Origin: Antedon mediterranea
Taxonomy: Eukaryota > Animalia > Echinodermata
Assembly (NCBI RefSeq): GCF_964355755.1
Contig: NC_092677.1
Coordinates: 10,252,101-10,316,100, forward strand
Reading direction: 5' to 3'
DNA length: 64,000 nt
The notes under the pieces are model-generated. The model saw nothing but the letters and a program-made list of their open reading frames with translations. It had not been told where the DNA came from and did not search any database. Of the stretch, positions 1 through 29,112 are shown one piece after another. Each line of letters begins with the position of its first letter. Positions within the stretch are counted from its first letter, which is position 1. The position numbers were made by a program, and so were the translations under genes.

Positions 1-1498
1 ATTACATAGCAGCTAACGATGTTTCGATTGCTGTCTTTTAGACCACTGTGACTCGAGTATGCAACGCAAACGTGACAAACAAAGCTGATGACTTTTACCA
101 TGCAGGATGTAACCTCCATGCTTTCTTTTTACAGTAATTTTAGTGGACTTTCTAATGATACCATTTTAGCGTTCCATAGTTGAGGTGTCGTATTTTCATC
201 AGACCCACCATGGTCAAAGGATGAGCTGTATTGACAACCACTGTCTGTCTGACCTTGTCTGGTGGAAAACCTCCCTGTAGTGACGTAATGACGAAGCGAT
301 GATAATATTTGACATCCATTAATGTTTAGTCATTTTACAAGACAATGAATAAATGATAACCAACTCCAATTTATGTTGAACCCCATCCAACTTAATTATA
401 AATAAACTTGGGTGGTACAATAAGATACCCATTTAAAAACAAACACCTCGTAAAATCACCGACGCTTGAAACTTGAACTGGCAGTCTGACTCGGGAATCT
501 ATTAATCATAAAGCACCAAGTCCGCAACATATCACGTTCACATAAGATTTTATCGTGCTTGTACATCTTGTACGATGGCCACTGCTGCTACTTACTACTG
601 CTCTACATGCCATGTGGCTACTGAGATGAGTAATTCTTCGCGCAATTTAATTATACTCACTAGTAAAGGAGCTAAATGTACCATTCACATAAAACAGTTA
701 GAGGAAAAATGGAAAAAAATCAGCACTAGGTCATGTTACAAGAGTTGTAAACAATATAGATTATTTGATAAAAATCCTAGAAAGTAGGAAACCTTTTGCC
801 ATTTTTCCTCTGATTGAAAAGACATTATCATTGAAACATATTATTTAGGTTTACAATTTAGCCTATATGAAGAAAATTTACCGATAGCAGTCTATAGTCT
901 AATGATAAGGAGGTGTCTTTCTAATTCAGGATTGGAATTTCTCCATTGATGGACTTTATAAGAGATGTGATTGTGAGTGTTTTTTGTGGGGCAGGGGGAT
1001 GGGGGGGAGGGGGTAGTTAGGTGGGTTAAGATTCACAATACTTTACTCATCTTATTATCCATCCGAATATAATACTTTATTAGTTTAGACCTATGACATG
1101 CATTGAACGTGTAATGTAGCCTAAACCATATTTGAGTGTTCTACTTCTACAACTTAATCAGTGAGTTTATTCAAACAAAACTTACCAACTTCCTACATAC
1201 AAACGACAGTACACATTCTCTAGTATAAATCCATGATGTGAGTCACCATTTAGCGATCCGTATCGAGTAACAACTTATCGCCAACTGTGCACGATAAAGT
1301 TCTTAAATTTCCAAACTAAGATTATATTCGTTGATAGAGGGAGGCCTTGCTAAAATTCTTATTATCAAATGTCAATGTTTTCTTTTTTTTTCTTTAAAAC
1401 TTTATCGAAATCACGTAATTATTGGTCACTGTACATTTCAGTTAGATCTTTATATTAACAAAAGACAATTTTAACTATCAACTACTTTTTTTATTTAA

Positions 1499-1842
1499 AG
1501 ATATATTGTCCCCCTAAAAAAATTTTTTTTACATTTTTTTGTTGAATATGTTATTTTAATGTCACATAATAGTTATTCACTCTCACAAAAAATTGGGTCT
1601 GAACAAAATTTATTTACCTGAGAAAAATGTAATTTAAAGCAAAAAATGGTCAAATTGTCTGGAAGACAATGAGTTTTTGGGTAATTTAACTGTTTATTTT
1701 GTCTTTTTATAGATGAAATAATTTTTTCCCCCGTTTTTTTTTCTTATGGAAGTGAACAACTTCATTAAAACTGCAAAATGGCCTATTCAAAGTCCGATTT
1801 TAAAAATCTATATTTTTCATGATTTTGGGGGATAATACATCT
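1499..1842. mobile_element. Non-autonomous DNA transposon with TTAA target-site duplication (Kolobok-like)
   Basis: TTAA|AGATATATTGTCCCCC ... GGGGGATAATACATCT|TTAA. Related internal sequence recurs near 19400-19600 and, inverted, near 56380-56520. Confidence 0.65.
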
Positions 1843-2203
1843 TTAAAGAAAGTTATGTCTATCTATTGTTCAAATCGCGCATTAGGCCTATATTATCTGT
1901 AGGTTCTCTTATCTTTCAAAATCTTTTGTAGCCTAAAATTGATCAATTAGTTATTTGATTAATTAGTTGTTTATCATTTGCTCACAACATTAAATTGTCA
2001 ATTGAATTAATAGTTTAAATCATTTTTTCTATGATGAATTACTTTTAGTTAAGTCAGGTGACCAGATTATTAACTTTGATTGGCTGAATCCTCAGGTGTT
2101 TTATGACGAGTCATCTTCTCCAAATTATTACCGGTACTTTTGCTTACTTTTTATCGTCTGCGTGCTTAGTTTATATTGTTCAAACAATTGTTGTGAAAAA
2201 ACT

Positions 2204-4436
2204 ATGCCTGTTGTTGAAGAAACCAAACATTTAGAAGTGGGTAAGTATAGAATAAAGTATAAAGAACTGAATTGTGTGTTTTAGATGTATTATTTTAGTG
2301 TTTACCGTTTAGTGTAGCTTTCTAGGCTGTGGTTGTGCATAGCCACTTCCTGTGGTTGTGGTTCAGTCATCTGGATAAAGTATGCGAGCACCTGGTAAAC
2401 ATTTTAACAGGAAGTGATCATGGAATATACAGTACTGTACTTGCATTTATATGCAATAAAAATGTGATAATAAAAACCCTACCTACACTGGAGAATCCAC
2501 CAATTATTTATGCACGCTTTAATTAAATTGCAAATTTACACTAAATTATATACAGTAAATCTATTCATATTATTTAATTGTTTTTTTCATTCACAGATGC
2601 TCCACTACCACCTCTAAAGAAGGGTTTAGTGCGATTGTACAGTAACAGATTCTGTGTTTTCTCCCAGAGAACTCGATTAGTATTAGCAGCTAAGTCGGCA
2701 AAGTAAATATTTTTTTATTTGTTTTACGACTTATGTCTCTCTACCCTCTTTCTCGACTAATAAGGGCCTAGATAGACATTTCAATTTCGTGTATTGATAA
2801 TATTATATTTTTGAATTTTTTTTGTAAAGCTATGAAATAATTAACATCCACTTAAAAAAGAAGCCGACATGGTACGCAAGCAAAAACCCAAATGGGACAA
2901 CACCATGTCTTGAGAAAGATGAGGATATAGTGTGGGACTCCACCATCACGTGCGAGTATGGTAACGACATCTTCGCTGAAAACCCGCTATGGCCGACGGA
3001 TCCACTTGCAAAGGCTAAAGATCGTATGCTGATAGACTTCTTTAACAGTAAGGTATGCATCATATTATGGACATAAAATGGTGTTGTAGCTTGGTAGTTA
3101 AATACTTGGTTTCAATACAAGGGTATTCGGGTTCAGATCTTTTTAGATGAAAGGATTTGTTTTACATGACGACAAAGTATTTGAGCCCTGTTGACCTTAA
3201 AATTTATGTTTAAGACAGCAGCGTACCATTCAATTTTAATAATAATATATTGACTTAAGTCATGGAAAAACTTATTTCTCCATGCTTAAGTGAAATGCTT
3301 GTATTTAAGGGAACTATCCCTCACTGTGTGATTGTAATGAACATGACTATTATTTTTTTAGAGACTATTAAACGTCACTAAAAGTGTTTAGAAGTATGTT
3401 ATTTAAAACAAAAAAAAGAAAAAAATTTGACAGAGCTGACTAATACGTTTTGGTTTGTTTCTTTATTTCAGATTTTTCCTAATTTTATGAAGCTTACATT
3501 TTATCCTGTTGAAGGTAAAGAGGAGTTTTATCAACAAGAATATGAAAAGAATGTTGGTAAACTGCAGGAGAACTTGGTGGAACGAGGAACTACTTTTTTT
3601 GGAGGTAAGAACATGTCAATAATGTTTTGAGGTGAGCTTTCTATGCAGTATTGGAATGTTTGTTAGTGTGTCCACTCCAAATTTGTCAGGAGTAGCACGG
3701 GGTGTGTATAATCAGAAATGTATCATGGATTTAATGCTGAGCAGAGATGGCTAAGGACACCAACTTTCAAAGTCTTCCACCCACCTTAAAACATTTTTAG
3801 ACCTTCTACCTAGCCTAACACAGAGCCTTAACACAGCCACCCATTCAAGAAACCTCTGGGTACCAGAAAGTATGTTTTGTTCACAACCATTCATAACTAA
3901 CCATTCCTAGACTTCTCTAGTATAGCCAAATCCTTAACACTCCTACAGTATACTTTGCGCGCCCAAATTGTCCCCTTATTAGGGGTTTTCCCAAGTATTC
4001 ATTGGCCATGTTTTAAAACATGTCCATTTTTGTTTAAATAGAAGTGTCCCCTGAATAAACGTGTCCCAAATAAGATTCTATTGTATTTTACTTTATGTAC
4101 TGTTATGGTCTCTTCTAGGATCACAGCCTGGAATGGTTGACTACATGATGTGGCCTTGGTTCGAGCGTTGGGTACTCCTGGATGATATATTCCCCAAGGA
4201 CAATTTTCCAACGGTAAGTAGAAATAATTGTTCTAATTCATTTTATGAATACTCATTTGTTAACACCATCATCATCATTTTTGTTACTTATATCTAACAA
4301 TTCTTTTTCTCAGATTCTTACATGGCGCAAAAACATGATTGCTGCTCCTGCTGTAAAAGAAGCTGCGATACCAGACGATATTCATTTAGAATATTTCAAA
4401 AATTTTAAGCAAAACATATTCCAATATGATTACTAA
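2204..4436 (+). CDS. GSTO1: Glutathione S-transferase, omega class (6 coding exons, ~238 aa)
   Basis: Exons 2204-2240, 2597-2702, 2830-3052, 3472-3604, 4119-4213, 4314-4436; all introns GT-AG and phase-consistent (717 nt). The spliced protein has GST-omega hallmarks: MPVVEETKHLEVDAPLPP..LRLYSNRFCVFSQRTRLVL, YEIINIHLKKKPTWY..KNPNG..P.LE, LWPTDPLAKAKDRML, FFGGSQPGMVDYMMWPWFER and a C-terminal QYDY*. Orthology to GSTO1 versus GSTO2 cannot be resolved here. Confidence 0.93.
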
Positions 4437-5630
4437 AAACCAGTAATTGCCATTTCCAAAGTTCTCATGTTTTTACTCAAATTTACAGTATTTACATTAA
4501 GTAAATGGTGGTGATGGTGGTAATTATAATATAATTAGCATATAATTTGCATTTAATGCGAATTGTTATGAGCAATTATTTTTGTTTAGTGTAAGAATAT
4601 TTTTATTTTCATAGAAATCATAGCCATATTTATTTATTTAAAATGGCACGATAGCACAGTCATAGATTAAGTTTTATTTTTAGTCAACAAGAATTTTTGT
4701 ATCATGCTTTTTACATGTTTATATTATATTACTTTTTAAAGAATTTAGAGTATATTTTACACAGGCAGTAATAACACTATTAAAACTTTTACCTTTAATT
4801 TATATATTATGTTTATGTTAAATCCTGGTTCCTTTTTTTGTGTACTTATTGTTGCATCATTGCATCGTAAATGTAAAGTTCGAAACAACACTGTTTTGCA
4901 GTTAAAATTTTTATTGAAATTCAAAATACAATACAAATGAACACTGCTATACAGTTAAAACACCCCAAAAAATGGATGGTTTAACCAATCTGAGTAAACA
5001 CAAATTTGTATTGGGCAATGATATACAGTACAGTAAAACCTCTATTAAGGGGACACCTTAGGGGTCCCAAATGAGAGGTTAATTATTCTGTTAGTACACA
5101 AACATAACAGTACAATGATAATATAACATTTTAAAGCATATAATTTATACTTAAAAGGTGTAAAACCAAATAACATCATATTTACTATATTTACAAATTT
5201 TAGCATTGTCTTCAAGGTAAACACTGGTGACATATTTCCCCATTTTATACTCATATGCGTGATGTGAAAACATTCCCTATAGGTCCTCTCTCTTGTATGA
5301 AAACATTAGTCCCTCTGGACAAGAACAGAGGCCTTCTAAACTGGCCTGATGTCTTGTGCAAAAATAAAGGCCTTCTACATTTGTGCAAGAAAAGAGGGCC
5401 TAGTTGTATGCATGAGAACGTACAGTAGGCCCTCTACATTTGGGCCTCTCTCTTACGCGAGCACATAAGCCCAAACTTCAGCTTTGTAATGGCCCTATTA
5501 AACTATATTACATTAGAGGCTAACTTACTCTGTATACATATTAATTAAACATAAATATATGTACATGAACAGTAACGTGAACAGTATTACTAATCACTAA
5601 CAGGAGTGTGTGTGCATTTTTTAATGCAAG

Positions 5631-22771
<17,141 letters not shown>

Positions 22772-22955
22772 TGTTTACCGTCGTTTTGGCAATGATGAAC
22801 AGCGCCACCTATTATTTTTTTGCGCGAAAAAAAGTAAACAAAACTAGGTCAACCTTTTGCGCAACAGAGCGGATCGGAGTGTGTATGTACGTGGAAGATA
22901 GAGACGGTCATTTTAAACAGGAATTGAAACCTGGACTTGCTAGAAGTACATAACT
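22772..22955. promoter_or_regulatory. Putative bidirectional promoter shared by TMEM67 and AGXT2
   Basis: The divergent ATGs at 22771 (-) and 22956 (+) are 184 bp apart. The interval is relatively CpG-rich and has an E2F-like GCGCGAAA (22822-22829), a Fox-like GTAAACA (22834-22840) and a nuclear-receptor half-site AAACTAGGTCA (22841-22851). Function of these motifs is inferred only. Confidence 0.6.
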
Positions 22956-25900
22956 ATGTTATCCATTCGTAAAGTTTTAGGCGAGGCTGGTTTTGCACGT
23001 ATTCCGAGGTATTACGGAACAGCTGCTAGAAATTCAAAAGAAGGTGAATCTCGCATAAATAACACAATTAATTATGTAAAAGTAGGCCCCTGGCTGGACT
23101 TTCTATAATAGTAGCCTGTTACTGTATGTGTGCAAACTCGACCAATCGGACTGACCGTCGTGTAGTGTTGCACATGTACAATCTAGGCAATGTCAATTCT
23201 GCAATAGGGGTACGTTGCATGCAGCATGGGGGTATACTTCCATGGTTGCATGTATAATATAATTAGTTGTGATTTGCAACTTGTCTAATATGACAATCAT
23301 TAATAATAATATTTGTAGCTAAAAATAGGAAATAGTTGTAACTGAAATCAAGTTGCAGCTGGAGGAAATACAAACCATGGAGGTATAAAATAGATTTTAT
23401 ACCTCCATGTACAAACTATATATAACTTAAGAATATGTACATTGTAATTGGGAAAACATAGTACAGTATACGCCATATTATCGTATATAGGATATAAAAC
23501 GTAAAGCACTAAATGTCCCAACTATAAACTGCTATTTTAATTAATGTTACGCTTTTTTTAAAAACAGTTTCATCCAATGGACTTCCTGATATGCCACCAT
23601 GTGACTTTGAGCCAGCACCATATAAGGTAAAAACTATATTTTATGATGTATGTCGAACTGTATTCTCGCATTCCACATTCTTTTCTTGCTTTTCGATTGC
23701 AACGGCATATTAATTATCATTCTACAATGTTTTTAAAATAGGGTCCCAGCTATGAAGAAACTAGAAAAATCAGAAATGAAAAATCAGCGCTGAATGTTAT
23801 GACCTATTATAAGAAGCCTGTACTGATCAATCAAGGTCATATGCAGTGGCTTTTTGACGAGACAGGTCGACGATACCTTGACCTTTTTGCTGGCATCGTC
23901 ACGGTCAGCGTGGGGCACTGTCATCCGTAAGTAAACATTTTTGTATATGTGGTATAAATGTCATGAATTATTATGTTTTAAGTAAATAAACTTTGTTGTA
24001 TATGTAAAAATATGTGCAAAATATGTACTGTATTCAAATACAATTTTTTTTTTCCCTAAAATTTCTCTTTTGAAATCATGTGTATTTAGCTGTGTCTAAA
24101 CTATCAAACTAGTTTAACAAAAAAGTGTGATATAAAATATGGCACAGATATGCCCAAATATGACATCATCAAGTCACATTTTGTTGTCACATAAAGTTTA
24201 ATAGTGTGGACAGAGTTCAAGTCACAGTTCACTAGTTCTAACAATTATACAATTTTTTGCCACTCAACCATATAAATCTTCCTTTTTTTTTATCAAGGAA
24301 AGTGAATGCTGTCTTAAAAGAGCAACTTGACCTATTGTGGCATACCACCAATATCTATATGCATCCCAGGGTGCACGAGTATGCTGTCAAACTAACAGAA
24401 CGTCTTCCAGAACCACTTAGTGTGAGTCTTATACAACTTGTCTTTCTTTATTTCCATTCATCATGAAATAAATATGCATAATACAGAGAAAAGAGGACTC
24501 TCAGAAGACCACACAAATATATATATATATACATTTTTTTTCTGGTATGATGAGCTCTCTGTAACCATTGTTTATGACTTTATTCTAGAGGTCAGTTAAC
24601 TTTGTTTCAAAAGGTGTAAACTCAGAGATGAAATATCAGAATTATGAAATCATATGAAAGATATAGAACATTTGACACTTTCATTTCCCATTTTTTAGGC
24701 CCTAGGCCCCCAACTAAAACATCTTAGATCTGCCACTGATAGCATCATGCTACAGAACCAATACACCATTGGAACTACCATGCAGTCACACCGATCATAT
24801 CTCATAAAAAATAACTCAAATATTGTGTTCTGTGTAGGTTTGTTTCTTTGTGAACAGTGGCAGTGAAGCAAATGATCTTGCAATGTTTATGGCCAGAGCA
24901 CACACAAAATCTAATGATATAATTGGACTCAGGTATGTTATTTTACAATGTTTTTTTAGTTATTAATTTAATATTAATTAGCAGGTCAAATGGCCAAGCA
25001 GTTAAAGCAGAGGCACCTTTTAAAAAAATCAGGATGGGTTTGAGTTCGAATCGCTCCTATTTCTGGTGGTGGAACAAGTCTTCTCTTATAGGACTATAAA
25101 CCGTAGATCCAGTGTACACCGTTTGCCTGTGTGCACTTTAAATAACCTAGTTTATTATTCAAGACAAGTAGAGGTTACTGGTCAGGAGGATTACCACTAT
25201 CTGATAGAACAGTTACTAATATACTATTGGTATTCTTTAACCTTGTGCATAAAGACTTAAAATAAAATAAAACCATCTTTAGAGAGTATAACCTGATTCC
25301 AAAAGAACAGATATTAATGTTCCTCTTTAGATTTAAATAAATGAAACAATAATCGTGAAGTTCATTCCAGTCTATCGCCACAACATGATTGCAATTATAC
25401 TTAAGGTATTATAAATCCAAAGGCAAATTACTGAAAAATGCCAATGCTGTGGGTATAAGTGGCTGGATCTCAATGGAGGTACAAAATAAAATAAGCAAAA
25501 AGTTAAATCAAAACCATAAATAAAACAGCAAGAAAGATTTGCAAAGATTTTTCGGGACTGGCCCTTCATTAGTGCAAGTATGGTATTATAATATAGTTAT
25601 TGTTTTATTCCCATAGGAGTGCCTACCATGGAATGATATCAAGTTTGATGGGTTTCACAGCAATGGGTAACTGGATGTTCCCACACGTTGCAAAGAATGC
25701 TGGCATTCAGACATCTGTGAATGCAGATCCATTTAGAGGCCCATGGGGTGGGAAAAACTGCAGAGATTCTCCAGTTCAGGTAATTATGTAGATTCCATAT
25801 TAAGGGGTACCTTCGTAACCCAACAAAGTGTCCCCTGATTAGGTGTTCAAATGAACCTTTAAAGGGTGGTAAAAACATTTATTATTTCAATTATATTAAG

Positions 25901-28900
25901 CATGTATGCCATAATAATAAACTTTTACCTTTTTCTTTAATTTGATAGTACCCTACTATTTTTTTTTCAGACTATCAGGTCATGTGACTGTGTTGCTGGA
26001 CAGTGCCTTGCCAAAGATATGTATGTTGACCAGGTCAATGACCTCCTCCAACACTGCACACCAAAGAAGATCGCTGCTGTTATAGCAGAGTCCATTCAAG
26101 TAAAAATAATTTAAATAATTTTTTTAGCATGTAGATGATAATACTAGTAATAGTACAATTGCCTATGTTTTTAAATGTATATATTTTGATATTTGACAGG
26201 GAGTGGCTGGTGGTATTCAGTTTCCAAAAGGCTTCTTAAAGGAAGCGTTTGAGCTTGCTCGAGCGAAAGGCGGTCTTTGCATCTCGGATGAAGTACAAAC
26301 CGGGTTCGGTCGGATGGGCAGTCACTTCTGGGGATTTGAAACTCACGATGTTATGCCTGATATTGGTAATAAAAAACTACGGTCATTTAACTACATTGAA
26401 AACTCTAACAACATGAATCCTTATTTGGTCTAATGGGCTGTTATCTTAAAAAATTCAAACTGTTGATGTTGGGAAGGTGCCATCAATTATACTGACCTAA
26501 ATCCAAAATCCACCACACTGGGTTCAGTGGCATTACGGCTATGAGCGCTGAGAAGTGCCCAGACGAAAACAAATGTGTCGAAAAAGGCTAAAAACGGCCG
26601 AAGCCTCCAGCGTTGGAGGGCCACTTAGGGTTCATAAACCAGGGGCCTCAAGTCCGATGTTATGCCACTGACTGGGTGGGTCAGATGAACAATCGTTTAC
26701 AGGGTTTTGTTACTCTTTATTTTGATGCCTGGTATCGAAAATGCTCATTTAATTTTAATACAGTCTTGTTTTACTTGTTTTAGTTGTTATGGCAAAAGGA
26801 ATGGGTAATGGATTTCCATTGGCTGCTGTTGTAACAACGCCAGGTATTACCACTTATTGCTTCTTGCATATATATATATATATCAGCAAGGTCACCAACA
26901 CACGCAAAGTTTTCACTACCAATTATTACAATTCAATCTGATAATATTAATGTTGTTTATCTATTTAGAGATTGCCCAGACAATGCACCAAGCCTTGCAT
27001 TTCAATACATTTGGTGGAAACCCAATGTCATGTGCAGTTGGATCAGCTGTTCTTGATGTAAGTAACCTATGAACCATGACCTTTTAATTATTGACCTTTG
27101 AATGGAAACCTAATGTCATGCGCAGTTAGATCAGCTGTTCTTGATGTAAGTAGAGTACAATCGAAATATAACCTATGAACCTTGACATTTTAATTATTGA
27201 CCTTTGAATGGAAACCTAATGTCATGCGCAGTTAGATCAGCTGTTCTTGATGTAAGTAGAGTACAATCGAAATATAACCTATGAACCTTGACATTTTAAT
27301 TATTGACCTTTGAATGGAAACCCAATTTCATGCGCAGTTAGATCAGCTGTTCTTGATGTAAGTAGAGTACAATCGAAATATAACCTATGAACCTTGACCA
27401 TTTAATTATTAACCTTTGAATGGCAACCCAATTTCATGCGCAGTTAGATCAGCTGTTCTTGATGTAAGTAGAGTACAACCAAAATATAACCTATGAACCT
27501 TGACCATTTAATTATTGATCTTTGAATGGCAACCTAATGTCATGCGCAGTTAGATCAGCTGTTCTTGATGTAAGTAGAGTACAATCGAAATATAACCTAT
27601 GAACCGTGACCATTTAATTATTGACCTTTGAATGGAAACCCAATTTCATGCGCAGTTAGATCAGCTGTTCTTGATGTAAGTAGAGTACAATCGAAATATA
27701 ACCTATGAACCTTGACCATTTAATTATTGACCTTTGAATGGAAACCCAATTTCATGCGCAGTTAGATCAGCTGTTCTTGATGTAAGTAGAGTACAACCAA
27801 AATATAACCTATGAACCTTGACCATTTAATTATTGACCTTTGAATGGAAACCCAATTTCATGCGCAGTTAGATCAGCTGTTCTTGATGTAAGTAGAGTAC
27901 AACCAAAATATAACCTATGAACCGTGACCATTTAATTATTGAACTTCGAAATGTGAACCTATTCACCTATCATATATGTATGTCTTTGTGACATAGGTTA
28001 TGGATGAAGAAGGAAGTCAAGCCAACTGCGCTGATGTTGGCACGTACATGCTCCTGGAGTTGGCAAAGCTTCGGGACGAGTTTGAAGTTGTTGGAGATGT
28101 CCGCGGCAAAGGGTTGATGATTGGAGTTGAGCTGGTCGCAGATAAGGTCAGTTTCCTATAATTATTTCAATTATACTTATGGACACAAAGAGAAACATCT
28201 ACGAATCAATATAGTATTAGGCAAAAAGATGAACAAATCAAGTCTTAAATTATTTCAGATATACAGACCATTTTCACCCTTATGTAGAATATTTTAATAT
28301 ATTTTGTAATTTAGGTTTTAATGTCTTGTTTAAAGTGTAGATTTTCAGAATAATACTTATGTAATGTAAAATTTACCATAGGCTTCAAGAAAACCTCTGC
28401 AACCAGAAGAAGTTGGTCACATATGGGAGAGTACCAAGGACCTTGGTGTGCTATTCGGTAAAGGAGGTCTGCATGGTAATGTAAGTACACGTCTCATGGT
28501 ACAGTAAGGAATCGCATGTGAGAATTTTTTATTTATTTATTTCATACACATCCAACAGGATATATAAACTGTTTGATATGTTATCGTGCATATAAACTAA
28601 GTCTCATTTTGAGGCTTAGGGAGTGGAGTTGAAAGAGTTGTGAGTGCCACTAGTGCTACTAGGTCAGGATTGAAACTTGGACATTGGGATTGGAAGGCAA
28701 GCATGTTAATCACCAGGCTACAGCTCCACTACTGCTACTACTAAGCTACGACATGTTGTCGTAACCTGTCTTTTTTATTACTCTTGTTGTCCGGTCCTCA
28801 CATTTATTTTGGCCACATTTTTTTTGGTAGCCTCCTGTAATGATATCGGAAGGTTATTCCACACTTTAGCACCAGTAACTTGAAATGACAACAATTTGTA

Positions 28901-29112
28901 CCCACAATGATCTTGGGTATAACCACTTTTAAAATGTTTGAGTGTTGTAACCCTGTCTATCAATGACCAGTTCAATTTAATACAAGACATTGTTTGTGTT
29001 GTTTTAGGTGCTGCGAATAAAACCACCCATGTGTATCACAAGGCAGGATGTTGATTTTGGTACAGCCGTGCTAAAGAGGGCGCTAGAACACCACAGAGAT
29101 ACCTACTTGTAG
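22956..29112 (+). CDS. AGXT2: Alanine--glyoxylate aminotransferase 2, mitochondrial (class-III PLP aminotransferase; 13 exons, ~503 aa)
   Basis: Exons 22956-23043, 23568-23626, 23742-23926, 24298-24421, 24838-24932, 25617-25779, 25971-26099, 26200-26365, 26784-26843, 26969-27057, 27997-28146, 28382-28480, 29008-29112 (1512 nt, phase-consistent). Arg-rich N-terminal targeting peptide ([20 protein letters not shown]). Motifs: [68 protein letters not shown], the PLP lysine in [33 protein letters not shown] and [10 protein letters not shown]. Confidence 0.96.
24980..25270 (+). mobile_element. tRNA-derived SINE with Meta-like core
   Basis: A-box-like TGGCCAAGCAGTTAA, B-box-like GAGTTCGAATC, and core AGGACTATAAACCGTAGATCC..GTGCACTTTAAATAACC. 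Confidence 0.6.
25418..25545 (+). repeat. Unclassified interspersed repeat (copies at ~30495-30600 and ~34060-34196, inverted)
   Basis: AAAGGCAAAT.ACTGAAAA..CAATGCTGTGGGTAT.AGTGGCTGGATCTCAATGGAG is shared, with some divergence, by three loci. Confidence 0.7.
26525..26670. mobile_element. hAT-like MITE (CAGTGGC...GCCACTG)
   Basis: Short TIRs with a near-perfect 8-bp TSD (ACTGGGTT / ACTGGGTG). Relatives lie at 33198-33398 and ~31763-31885. Confidence 0.7.
27091..27945 (+). repeat. 106-bp tandem repeat (8 copies) derived from the AGXT2 exon-10/intron-10 junction
   Basis: Each unit contains TGG(A/C)AACC(C/T)AAT(G/T)TCATGCGCAGTTAGATCAGCTGTTCTTGAT|GTAAGTA, matching the exon 10 end and donor. GTAAG recurs at 27146, 27252, 27358, 27464, 27570, 27676, 27782 and 27888. 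Confidence 0.95.

Noticed and set aside
130-276. Possible minus-strand exon (GRFSTRQGQTDSGCQYSSSFDHGGSDENTTPQLW..)
   Set aside because: It has an acceptor-like CAG but no recognisable protein family or partner exon in the window, so support is insufficient.
27091-27945. Regularly spaced repeats resembling a CRISPR array (also 6916-7274 and 35022-35631)
   Set aside because: The units are contiguous with no unique spacers, there are no cas genes, and they lie in eukaryotic introns.
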